Below, piece by piece: positions 1 through 8,507 of a stretch of 12,326 bases of DNA (positions are counted from its first letter, which is position 1; each line of letters starts with the position of its first letter). The notes below the pieces were generated by a model. The model ran no database searches, was not told where the DNA came from, and saw nothing but the letters and a program-made list of their open reading frames with translations. Origin of the DNA: Candidatus Aenigmatarchaeota archaeon (lineage in GTDB: Archaea > Aenigmatarchaeota > Aenigmatarchaeia > CG10238-14 > SCSR01); NCBI GenBank assembly GCA_039000165.1, contig JAWBTW010000019.1, positions 1-12,326 of the forward strand, read 5' to 3'. Made by a program: the position numbers and the translations under genes.

Positions 1-732
1 AATCCAGAAGCAGCAGAAACTTTACGACTTAGCGATAGTGCTAGGCCCAATAGATATATTGACAATGACATTTTCGGTTATATGCGAACTTTAGGAAGAG
101 AAAGGGCGTTAAAGAGGCAAGCACCGATAGCCCTTTCCTATTTTAAAGCATTAAAAGATACTCCAATAAGGGCAGAGTTTGCAGCAAGATTTCCTAGGCC
201 ATGGGGCAAAGAGGAAAATCCAGCACCTTTTGAAATAGAGGTAGCAGAGTTTATTGGAAAAATAAATTGTATTATGTATGATTACGTTGGTAATTTTGCT
301 GTAGATAGAAAAGTAGCTGAAAGCATTAAAGATAATGAAGAAGCGAAAAAATTCCTAGAAGAAGTGCCTGAAAAATTAACTGAGGAGGAAAGAAAGAAAA
401 GAATAGAAGCTTTTTGTGATGTATTTCTTACACCCTTATATGTTCTTCCTCGTGCAACAAATTCATTAAACATTCCAGAATATATAGCAGGATTGGTTGT
501 ACTTTCAGAAAAAGGACCAGTTCCAGTTTTTCAGTATTTAAATTATGACTTTGAGAAAAATGAAATAAATATAGAGAACTTAAAAAGAATGATGGAAAGA
601 AATGAAATAAGAAGAAATATACAAAAAATTTTCCTAATAGATTATAAAGGGGAGATAAACGAAGTACCAAACGAAATAGTAAAAGTAACTAGTGTAGCTC
701 CAGTTATTAGCGAAATAGTTGAATTCCTTTAG
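1..732 (+). CDS. cas7: Cas7 backbone subunit (DevR/Csa2/Cst2-like), 5'-truncated by window edge
   Basis: Frame is open from base 1 (NPEAAETLRLSDSARPNRYIDNDIFGYM...), so ATG 82 is internal. DxDIFGYM...KRxAPI motif typical of DevR/Cst2-type Cas7; lies directly upstream of cas5. Confidence 0.88.
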   Translation, partial: NPEAAETLRLSDSARPNRYIDNDIFGYMRTLGRERALKRQAPIALSYFKALKDTPIRAEFAARFPRPWGKEENPAPFEIEVAEFIGKINCIMYDYVGNFAVDRKVAESIKDNEEAKKFLEEVPEKLTEEERKKRIEAFCDVFLTPLYVLPRATNSLNIPEYIAGLVVLSEKGPVPVFQYLNYDFEKNEINIENLKRMMERNEIRRNIQKIFLIDYKGEINEVPNEIVKVTSVAPVISEIVEFL

Positions 733-742
733 GGTTAAAATA

Positions 743-1396
743 ATGAAGGCAATTGTAGTGAGAATAACATTTTCTGAGGCTCTTTTTAAAGCACACCATA
801 CAAAAGGCTTTCGACAAACTTATCTTATTCCGCTACCAACAACTGTAGCAGGAATATTTGGAGCAATGTTAGGAATAGAAAGAGGAGCAGTAACTAAAGA
901 GTTTAAAAACTGCTTATTTGGCGCCAAACTCTTAAAGTATAAAGGATCTTATCCAGAAAATACGACTTACATTCAACATAAAACTGGAAAACGTATAAGA
1001 GGCGTTACGGTTAGTGTAATTCTAAATCACCCAACCTATACGATGGCTTTGGTTGCTGATAACGAAAAGATTGATGAGTTTTATCTTAAAATAAAAGATA
1101 GAATAGCTTACTTTCCTTATGGTGGACAGAATGATTTTTTTGCTGAAGATATAGAGGTTCAAGGAAAGATGGATGTAGAAGAAAATTGTTTAATCGAAAA
1201 TTATGCTCCCCAGGATCTTATAGAAAAAATAGAGTGGAATGAAGGTACGGAACTTCAAATTTTGCCAGTTAAGCATAAATTTTCAACCAACCCAAACTTT
1301 TGTTTTATTTTCAAAGGAAAATTAAAGCTTAAACACCCTGTTTTGGCTGTAGATGGTATAGGCGTTTTTCCCTTGGAAAAGTTTTATTATCTTTGA
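743..1396 (+). CDS. cas5: Cas5, type I
   Basis: N-terminal Cas5 signature ALFKAHHTKGFRQTYLIPLPTTVAGIFGAMLG and C-terminal YFPYGGQND Gly-rich loop. ATG 743 (MKAIVVRI) preferred over the TTG 719 used by the ORF track. Confidence 0.92.
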   Translation: MKAIVVRITFSEALFKAHHTKGFRQTYLIPLPTTVAGIFGAMLGIERGAVTKEFKNCLFGAKLLKYKGSYPENTTYIQHKTGKRIRGVTVSVILNHPTYTMALVADNEKIDEFYLKIKDRIAYFPYGGQNDFFAEDIEVQGKMDVEENCLIENYAPQDLIEKIEWNEGTELQILPVKHKFSTNPNFCFIFKGKLKLKHPVLAVDGIGVFPLEKFYYL

Positions 1397-1430
1397 AAGT
1401 TAATAAAAATGTAAAATGAAAAGGTAAAAA

Positions 1431-3533
1431 ATGAAGGAAATAAATGATGAGTGGGAAGATTTATTAAAAGAAAGTCATCCGAATAAGCCTCTTCAAGTTC
1501 ATATAAATGAAGTAGAAAACATTTTTTCAACCTTTCTAAAATTTTACTTCTTTCCAAAAGAAATAAAGGAAGCTTTGAAATATATAGTGAAATATCATGA
1601 CTTTGGCAAACGACATAAAACGTGGAATATAAGGAACGAAAAAAATCCAGATCATGCCCCTTTATCCTTAAAATATTTAAGGGAGTACAAAGTCCTGCCT
1701 GAAGATAAAAAAATTACATTCGTTTTATGGTATTTGATCTATAAGCATCATTCTCCTCTTACTAAAAATATTAAGGATGTTGCGCTGCAACATTTGGTAG
1801 AAGAAGTTAAGGAAATAATTAAAACCTTAGATTTTACTTATATAACGAATCTCATCGATGCCTTTGGGTTATTCAAGATTGCGGATGTGTGTTCAGCAGA
1901 GAACAAAAGTATAGAACTTAAAAAACCATCTATATGTGATGAAGATGTTAAAAATATTCTAAAAAATAATAAATCCAACTTTCAATTAGATATTGATAGA
2001 TGGTTGGAACAACAGCAGCTATGTAATCTTCAGAGTCCTGGTTTATTAAGAGCTTATACAGGGTGGGGTAAAACCGACGTTTCTCTCTTGTTTTTCAAAA
2101 ATAAAGATGTTAGCAAGATATTTTACCTATTTCCAACTATTACAGCTATTAATAAATTCTATCAAAAACTTCAAAACGTTTTTGACGGGGATGTAATAAA
2201 ATACTTCTACTTCTACGATACTGAAGTGAAAGAAGAGTTAGAACTTTTACAAAACATGTTTTTCATAGAAACTTTCATGAAACCACTTGTAGTAACTACT
2301 GTAGATCAATTTCTTCTGTCATTTTTGCAGGTTGGAAAATATTATAGAAAGCGTGTAATGTTTAGAAATTCAGGTATAGTGTTAGATGAAGTACATTTAT
2401 TAAATCCACTAATGTTAAGTCTTCTAATGTATTTTCTTAAGAAATTTCAAAATATATACAGTTTCAAAGTTTTATTTATGTCTGCAACCCTTTCGAAAGG
2501 TTTAGAAAAATACTTAACAAGTGAGTTAAATTTAACTCAGAATTCTTTTCTAGATTTCTCCTACGGATATAAAGCAAAAAGGAGAGTATTGTTTGAGTAT
2601 TTGAATGAGGGCTTAGATCTACATATTGATGATATAATTGAGGAATTTAAAAATGGTAGGAAAGTAATTGTTGTTGTGAACACAGTTGAAAAATCTACTG
2701 AAATTGCAGAAAAATTAGCAAAAGAAGTTGGAAAAGAAAATGTTTTACTTTTGCATGCAAGGTTTATGTATAGAGATAGAAAAAGAAAAGAGCATGATAT
2801 AGAAAATTTAAAGGAAAAGCCCCACATACTTATAACAACTCAAGTATGTGAAGTCTCATTAGATATTTCTTATGATTTTATGTTTACAGAATTAGCTCCT
2901 CTTCCTTCTTTAATTCAACGATTCGGAAGGGTAAATAGAGGAGGAGTAAAAACAGAGGAGGTAAATGTGAAAATTTTTAAGCCAAAAATTGAGAATGAGC
3001 GGTACTACCCATACACATCTGAAGAATTATGTATTGCTAAGAAAATAGTTGAAGAGTTAAATAATAACCTAAAAAGTGAGTTTGATCTCTTGAAAAACCT
3101 TGATGAAATATATACTTATGATAAACTGTTGGAAATTTTACAAAGAGAGGCTAAAAAAGTTAATTTAGAGCAATTTGAAGAACTCCTTCAGTTTTTCTTT
3201 TCACTTGATGTCTCAGAGGAAGAATTGGCGAAAATATTAAGTTACAGGGATAGCTTCACTACTTTGATCATACCTTCTCCCGAATGTATAGAGGATGAAG
3301 AAGTTAAAAAATGTGTAGAAAGGCTTCTACATCAAGACTTCAAAAATAAAAATTTTGATAAAAAAAGAAAACTATTAGCAGAATTTAAAGAGGTTAGTGT
3401 TCCAGTTCCAATATGGTGGGTTTGTAAATACTTAAGAGACGAAGAGAGAAAAGTTTTCCCGATAGTAGATTTAAAAAACAAAATTTATAATAGTTTTTAT
3501 GGTTTTAGAGAGATGAGGAGCGAAATAATATGA
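1431..3533 (+). CDS. cas3: Cas3 with N-terminal HD nuclease fused to SF2 helicase (700 aa)
   Basis: HD motifs VH, YHDFGK, DHAPLS, KHHS, KIAD; helicase motifs AYTGWGKT, LDEVH, MSAT, VVNTV, LLHARF, TQVCEVSLDIS, QRFGRVNR. Confidence 0.96.
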   Translation: MKEINDEWEDLLKESHPNKPLQVHINEVENIFSTFLKFYFFPKEIKEALKYIVKYHDFGKRHKTWNIRNEKNPDHAPLSLKYLREYKVLPEDKKITFVLWYLIYKHHSPLTKNIKDVALQHLVEEVKEIIKTLDFTYITNLIDAFGLFKIADVCSAENKSIELKKPSICDEDVKNILKNNKSNFQLDIDRWLEQQQLCNLQSPGLLRAYTGWGKTDVSLLFFKNKDVSKIFYLFPTITAINKFYQKLQNVFDGDVIKYFYFYDTEVKEELELLQNMFFIETFMKPLVVTTVDQFLLSFLQVGKYYRKRVMFRNSGIVLDEVHLLNPLMLSLLMYFLKKFQNIYSFKVLFMSATLSKGLEKYLTSELNLTQNSFLDFSYGYKAKRRVLFEYLNEGLDLHIDDIIEEFKNGRKVIVVVNTVEKSTEIAEKLAKEVGKENVLLLHARFMYRDRKRKEHDIENLKEKPHILITTQVCEVSLDISYDFMFTELAPLPSLIQRFGRVNRGGVKTEEVNVKIFKPKIENERYYPYTSEELCIAKKIVEELNNNLKSEFDLLKNLDEIYTYDKLLEILQREAKKVNLEQFEELLQFFFSLDVSEEELAKILSYRDSFTTLIIPSPECIEDEEVKKCVERLLHQDFKNKNFDKKRKLLAEFKEVSVPVPIWWVCKYLRDEERKVFPIVDLKNKIYNSFYGFREMRSEII

Positions 3534-4540
3534 CAAACTATAAAAAACTCTTAGAAAATTTCTTAAAGGAGAAGAGTAATAGAAGTTATGCTTTACCAAT
3601 AGTCGAAAGATTATTACAACAAAGATTAAGAAAAGGTCATTACATTATTAAAGGGAAAATGAAAGTTCATGAGAGCGAATTAGAAAATAATATGCTACAT
3701 ATTTTTGAATCACTTATAGAAAAGTGTGTAAGGGAAGATAAAAAATATGATGCGTCGCTCATACCAACAATAATATCTCCGGACCAAGCACCAAATTTTT
3801 ACCTAGGAAGAGAAAATCCAACCGAAGACGAAATTTATAGATTTTTATATCTTATTATTTCCGGGATTTACAGGGGCGAATATATAGTAAATTTAGATAA
3901 TGTAGATGAAAGAGTGAGAAGTAACTTTAGAAAGTATCTAATTAATGAAAAACTATTAATTTTTCCAAGTGATAAAGAAAAAGGAGGTATTGATTTAAAA
4001 AAATTAATGAATGCTATTGGTATAAAAGTTGTTCCTCCTCTTAACGAATTTATTTATTCCTTCATTCTTATCTCATCATTTGTTACATGGATAAAAAAAG
4101 AATCTCTTGAAATAGAGAATTGGAAAAAACAAGCTGAAGAACTGGGAATACCTTCCTTACTCGAAAAAATTGGCATAAGAGATGATGTTGCATTAGTAAT
4201 TTGTTACCTTCCAAAACAGAAAAAAGAAATGTATTTTGTTCCAAAATTGAAAAGTTTTATTTCAAAATGGTATGGAGGTTATTTAACTGGAAGAGAAGAT
4301 TACCCTTTCATTGTAAAATTCATTTTTTCTACATATATTCCAGATAAACAATACAGGGAACTCTCATCTTCTCTTTTGAATAAGTTTTTGTATTATTTTC
4401 TCAATGGATATGTAAACGGAGAGCTACTAGATAAACTTATAAATTTAAAAATATCATATGAGCTTAAGGAAAAAACAAGAAAAGTGTATGGATTTAGTAA
4501 AGCAAAAGAATTTTTCTCAAAACTCTCAGAAAATCTTTGA
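3530..4540 (+). CDS. Putative divergent Cas8 large subunit (336 aa)
   Basis: ATGA overlap with the cas3 stop, GAGGAG SD at about 3515-3520, position inside the cas operon, and an SPDQAPNFY motif resembling the conserved Asn-Phe motif of Cas8 proteins. No CxxC-CxxC motif. Assignment rests mostly on context. Confidence 0.6.
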   Translation: MTNYKKLLENFLKEKSNRSYALPIVERLLQQRLRKGHYIIKGKMKVHESELENNMLHIFESLIEKCVREDKKYDASLIPTIISPDQAPNFYLGRENPTEDEIYRFLYLIISGIYRGEYIVNLDNVDERVRSNFRKYLINEKLLIFPSDKEKGGIDLKKLMNAIGIKVVPPLNEFIYSFILISSFVTWIKKESLEIENWKKQAEELGIPSLLEKIGIRDDVALVICYLPKQKKEMYFVPKLKSFISKWYGGYLTGREDYPFIVKFIFSTYIPDKQYRELSSSLLNKFLYYFLNGYVNGELLDKLINLKISYELKEKTRKVYGFSKAKEFFSKLSENL

Positions 4541-5051
4541 AGAAGAGGCTTTGTTTAGAGGAGTTCAGATAAGTTATTTTATTCATTGCAAAACACAACT
4601 TTGGTATTTTTCTCATTATGTTACGCAGGAACATGAATCGGAACTTGTAATTTTAGGTAAGATATTACATGAAATTGCATTTAAAGATATAAAGAAAGAC
4701 ATACTTATAGATCAGAAGATATCTATAGATTTTATCAAAAAGGGAGATAGACTTATTCTTCATGACATTAAAAAATCTGATAAATTTCAAGAGGCCCACT
4801 ATTATCAAATGCTTTATTATCTTTACTATCTTAAGCATGAAAAGGGAGTCGAAAACGCAGAAGGAATAATCAATTATCCATCTAAAAGAAAAATTGTTGA
4901 AGTCAAGCTAACTCCTGAAAAAGAAAATGAATTACAAAAATTTTTTCAAGAAATTAAAAGAATAGTTTCTTTACCTAAACCACCAAAGCCAGAAAAGAAA
5001 AAGTATTGTAGAAAATGTAGCTACTTTGAATTATGCTGGATTAATAAATAG
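4488..5051 (+). CDS. cas4: Cas4 RecB-like nuclease with Fe-S cluster cysteines
   Basis: GVQISYFIHCKTQLW, GKILHE, IDF...HDIKKS, QMLYY and CRKCSYFELC. Start uncertain: ATG 4458, ATG 4488 or TTG 4551. Confidence 0.95.
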   Translation: MDLVKQKNFSQNSQKIFEEEALFRGVQISYFIHCKTQLWYFSHYVTQEHESELVILGKILHEIAFKDIKKDILIDQKISIDFIKKGDRLILHDIKKSDKFQEAHYYQMLYYLYYLKHEKGVENAEGIINYPSKRKIVEVKLTPEKENELQKFFQEIKRIVSLPKPPKPEKKKYCRKCSYFELCWINK

Positions 5052-5074
5052 TTAACAAACTTATAAACAATTAA

Positions 5075-6082
5075 ATGGGAAAGGTAAATTACTATATTAC
5101 TAGCAATGGGATTTTAAAAAGAAAACAAAATACAGTTTATTTTATTAAAAAGAATGAAAACGGTGAGGTAGAAAAGAAAATTTTGCCGATAAACAAAATT
5201 TATGCAATTTTTGCTCACGGAAGAGTAACTTTCTCTTCTGGCGTAGTTTCTTATCTTTCAAAGTATGGTGTGCCGATTCACTTCTTTAATAAATATGGCT
5301 TTTATGAAGGTAGTCTATATCCAAGAGAAACTTTGGTCTCGGGATATTTGCTAGTAAAACAAGTTGAGCATTATTTAAACAAGAAGAAGAGGTTAGAGTT
5401 AGCAAAGAAATTTGTTGAGGGTTGCGGACAGAATATTGTGAAAAATTTACAATATTATGAAAGAACAAAAGGAGAGTTGCAAGATGAAATAGAAAAAATT
5501 AAATTTCTTTTAGATGAATTGGAAAAACAGAATGATATTCCAGCAATTATGGCAATAGAAGGAAATATTTGGGATACATATTACCAAAGCTTTAACAAAA
5601 TTTTTCCTGAAAAGTTCCACTTTGATAAAAGAACAAAAAGGCCACCGGAAAATATGATAAATTGCTTAATTAGCTTTGGCAATTCTTTGGTTTACTCCAC
5701 AGTATTAACAGAAATTTACAACACACAATTAAATCCAACTATAAGTTATTTACATGAACCATTCGAAAGGAGATTTTCTTTAGCTTTAGATTTAAGTGAA
5801 ATTTTCAAACCTTTATTAGCGGATAGGGTTATTTTCAAGCTAATTAACAAACGAATAATTGAGGAAAAACATTTTATGAAAGAATTGAACTACACTCTTC
5901 TTAACAATAATGGAAAGAAGCTGTTTTTACAGCACTATGATGAAAAACTTAAAACTACCATAAAGCATAGGGATCTGGGAAGAAGTGTATCTTTTCAAAG
6001 ATTAATTAGACTAGAATGCTATAACCTCATAAAACATTTACTTGGAGTTAAAAAATACGAGCCATTTGTGATTTGGTGGTAG
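5075..6082 (+). CDS. cas1: Cas1 integrase, I-B (Hmari/Tneap)-like
   Basis: NYYITSNGILKRKQNT N-terminus, IEG, RTKRPPENMINCLISFGNSLVY, SYLHEP, SLALDLSEIFKP and YEPFVIWW C-terminus. Confidence 0.98.
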   Translation: MGKVNYYITSNGILKRKQNTVYFIKKNENGEVEKKILPINKIYAIFAHGRVTFSSGVVSYLSKYGVPIHFFNKYGFYEGSLYPRETLVSGYLLVKQVEHYLNKKKRLELAKKFVEGCGQNIVKNLQYYERTKGELQDEIEKIKFLLDELEKQNDIPAIMAIEGNIWDTYYQSFNKIFPEKFHFDKRTKRPPENMINCLISFGNSLVYSTVLTEIYNTQLNPTISYLHEPFERRFSLALDLSEIFKPLLADRVIFKLINKRIIEEKHFMKELNYTLLNNNGKKLFLQHYDEKLKTTIKHRDLGRSVSFQRLIRLECYNLIKHLLGVKKYEPFVIWW

Positions 6083-6083
6083 A

Positions 6084-6347
6084 ATGTATGTAATAATAGT
6101 TTATGATGTTTCTGTAGGCAGGGTTTTTAAAGTTTGTCAATTTTTAAGACAATATCTAAACTGGGTTCAGAACTCAGTCTTTGAAGGAGAACTGACAGAA
6201 AGTGAGTTAGAAAAAGTAAAAGTTGGAATAAAAAAGATTATTAATTTACATGAAGACTCTGTTATCATTTATCAACTTTTAACTCAGAAAGCCTTTAAAA
6301 AGGAACATATAGGTACAAAGAAAGCAGAACCTTCTCTTATCATTTAG
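6084..6347 (+). CDS. cas2: Cas2
   Basis: MYVIIVYDV and WVQNSVFEGEL motifs; 87 aa; 1 nt after the cas1 stop. Confidence 0.98.
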   Translation: MYVIIVYDVSVGRVFKVCQFLRQYLNWVQNSVFEGELTESELEKVKVGIKKIINLHEDSVIIYQLLTQKAFKKEHIGTKKAEPSLII

Positions 6348-6445
6348 TCGTGGATGTTTATAAGCAAATTAATTTTAAACGATTCACGAGAATAATTTAT
6401 TAAATTAATTTTTATATGGAGAAATTTATTATAGTAGTTGCGGGG
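6348..6445 (+). promoter_or_regulatory. CRISPR leader
   Basis: AT-rich non-coding 98 nt between cas2 and the first repeat. Contains an imperfect inverted repeat (6348-6360 / 6376-6389) and TATA-like TTTATATG at 6411-6418. The degenerate repeat at the far end of the array agrees with this orientation. Confidence 0.85.
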
Positions 6446-8507
6446 GTTAAAATCAGACTAATGTAGGATTGAAAGTATTTTAACTATTACATTTTCAACA
6501 GGTGCTTCTTCGGTTAAAATCAGACTAATGTAGGATTGAAAGTTTTGCTCGTGAAAGGAAATTTTGAATACCAATTCGGGTTAAAATCAGACTAATGTAG
6601 GATTGAAAGCAGAACCATCATAGTTGCTCTAATAGCTTCATTTATAGTTAAAATCAGACTAATGTAGGATTGAAAGAGAAGCTAAAACCTTTCACTTTTT
6701 ATAAGCCAAGCTTTTATGCGAGTTAAAATCAGACTAATGTAGGATTGAAAGCCCTGTGAGGTTTTCCTCTAATATACACTTTCACGTGAGTTAAAATCAG
6801 ACTAATGTAGGATTGAAAGTTTATTAAATTCATCCATAAATCAGGAATTTTTAATGTTAAAATCAGACTAATGTAGGATTGAAAGCCCAACCACCATTGT
6901 TTTGTTGCTTTGTTGTAAAACACGTTAAAATCAGACTAATGTAGGATTGAAAGTACACAATAAAAGTTAAGGTGATGGACAGCATAAACGTTAAAATCAG
7001 ACTAATGTAGGATTGAAAGAAGAAGATCAATTAAGTAAATTTTGGCAGACAGAATATTGTTAAAATCAGACTAATGTAGGATTGAAAGTTTATTTCCTCA
7101 ACTGCAAACACGGGAAAACTTTTTAGTTAAAATCAGACTAATGTAGGATTGAAAGATCATTTCACAGTATTCTGGCTTGATCTCAACCATTATGCAGGTT
7201 AAAATCAGACTAATGTAGGATTGAAAGTTAGTTTGAGTCATTCCCTCTTCTGCGTATCCTTCCAAGGTTAAAATCAGACTAATGTAGGATTGAAAGTCGG
7301 TTTGGAAGTATTGTGGCCTTTATCCTGGAAGTGAGTTAAAATCAGACTAATGTAGGATTGAAAGCTAAATAATTTTGTTTTATATTACTTTTTGTATTTA
7401 TGGTTAAAATCAGACTAATGTAGGATTGAAAGTCTCTACCACAACCACAAACTCAAGCATCCGCAACTCCAGAAGATGTTGTAAAAGCTGTTGAGAGTTA
7501 AAATCAGACTAATGTAGGATTGAAAGGCATTCCACAATATGCTTAATTAATTCTTCACCAATAGTTAAAATCAGACTAATGTAGGATTGAAAGGCTATTC
7601 CATTAACCACAGCGTTAGCTAAGTCTTGTAAACAGTTAAAATCAGACTAATGTAGGATTGAAAGACAGGAATAGAAGCCTGTTGTGGGAGCGGTGATATA
7701 ATAAACAGGTTAAAATCAGACTAATGTAGGATTGAAAGTTTTCTGTCCATGAAGGAAAAGAACTAGTGACTATAACTATAAAGTTAAAATCAGACTAATG
7801 TAGGATTGAAAGAGAATATTAACGGTTGTTTGTGTGACTTCGGATTTTTCTGTTAAAATCAGACTAATGTAGGATTGAAAGTTTTTTAGCCCTCCAAACT
7901 TTCTGGTTTATTTTTCCAGGGTTAAAATCAGACTAATGTAGGATTGAAAGAAATTATTTGGGTTTGTTCTTTCCATATTTCCAAATCTGTTAAAATCAGA
8001 CTAATGTAGGATTGAAAGTACTTTAGCACCAAATAAGGCTTTGAGGCTATTATTTTAAGCTTTGTTAAAATCAGACTAATGTAGGATTGAAAGAAATTTG
8101 TTATGTTTTTGGTATTTAAATATTTTTTTATGTTAAAATCAGACTAATGTAGGATTGAAAGTAAGCTCGTAAACCAAGCTTTTTATCTTGTTTATTTGGG
8201 TTAAAATCAGACTAATGTAGGATTGAAAGGGATTGTATCTCAAAACTATTGTAAAGTTTTGATTTGAAGTGTTAAAATCAGACTAATGTAGGATTGAAAG
8301 TATGCAGTTGTTTGGGCTGGCTTGGATGATAAAAACGTTAAAATCAGACTAATGTAGGATTGAAAGAATCCACCCAATTGCTTTAAGTTTTTCTACAAGT
8401 TTTGTTAAAATCAGACTAATGTAGGATTGAAAGAAGAGAGTTAATAAAGCTTGAGGGAATTGGAATGCCAGAAGAAGGTTAAAATCAGACTAATATAGGA
8501 AAAATCT
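6446..8507 (+). CRISPR. CRISPR array: 29 perfect 30-nt repeats GTTAAAATCAGACTAATGTAGGATTGAAAG, 1 degenerate terminal repeat, 29 spacers
   Basis: Repeats start at 6446, 6513, 6580, 6647, 6722, 6790, 6856, 6924, 6990, 7059, 7126, 7198, 7267, 7335, 7403, 7497, 7564, 7635, 7709, 7783, 7852, 7921, 7989, 8064, 8132, 8200, 8271, 8337, 8404. Degenerate copy at 8478 (GTTAAAATCAGACTAATATAGGA, then diverges). The ATTGAAAG 3' end is the typical 8-nt crRNA handle. Confidence 0.99.

Noticed and set aside
222..235. 13/14 match between the reverse complement of spacer 1 and cas7 (possible self-targeting)
   Set aside because: The match does not extend (about half identity over the whole spacer) and misses the spacer 5' seed; likely chance.
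282..670. Two short antisense ORFs inside cas7 (similar ones at 2561-2827, 5286-5468, 9655-9861, 10499-10756, 11074-11292, 11363-11635)
   Set aside because: Shadow ORFs opposite well-supported genes, with F/S/L-rich composition and no motifs.
734..741. GTTAAAAT, identical to the repeat's first 8 nt, between cas7 and cas5 (also at 9712-9719)
   Set aside because: AT-rich 8-mer with no further similarity to the repeat.
6729..6923. 64-aa ORF on the - strand
   Set aside because: Spans CRISPR repeats and spacers; an artefact of open frames across the array.
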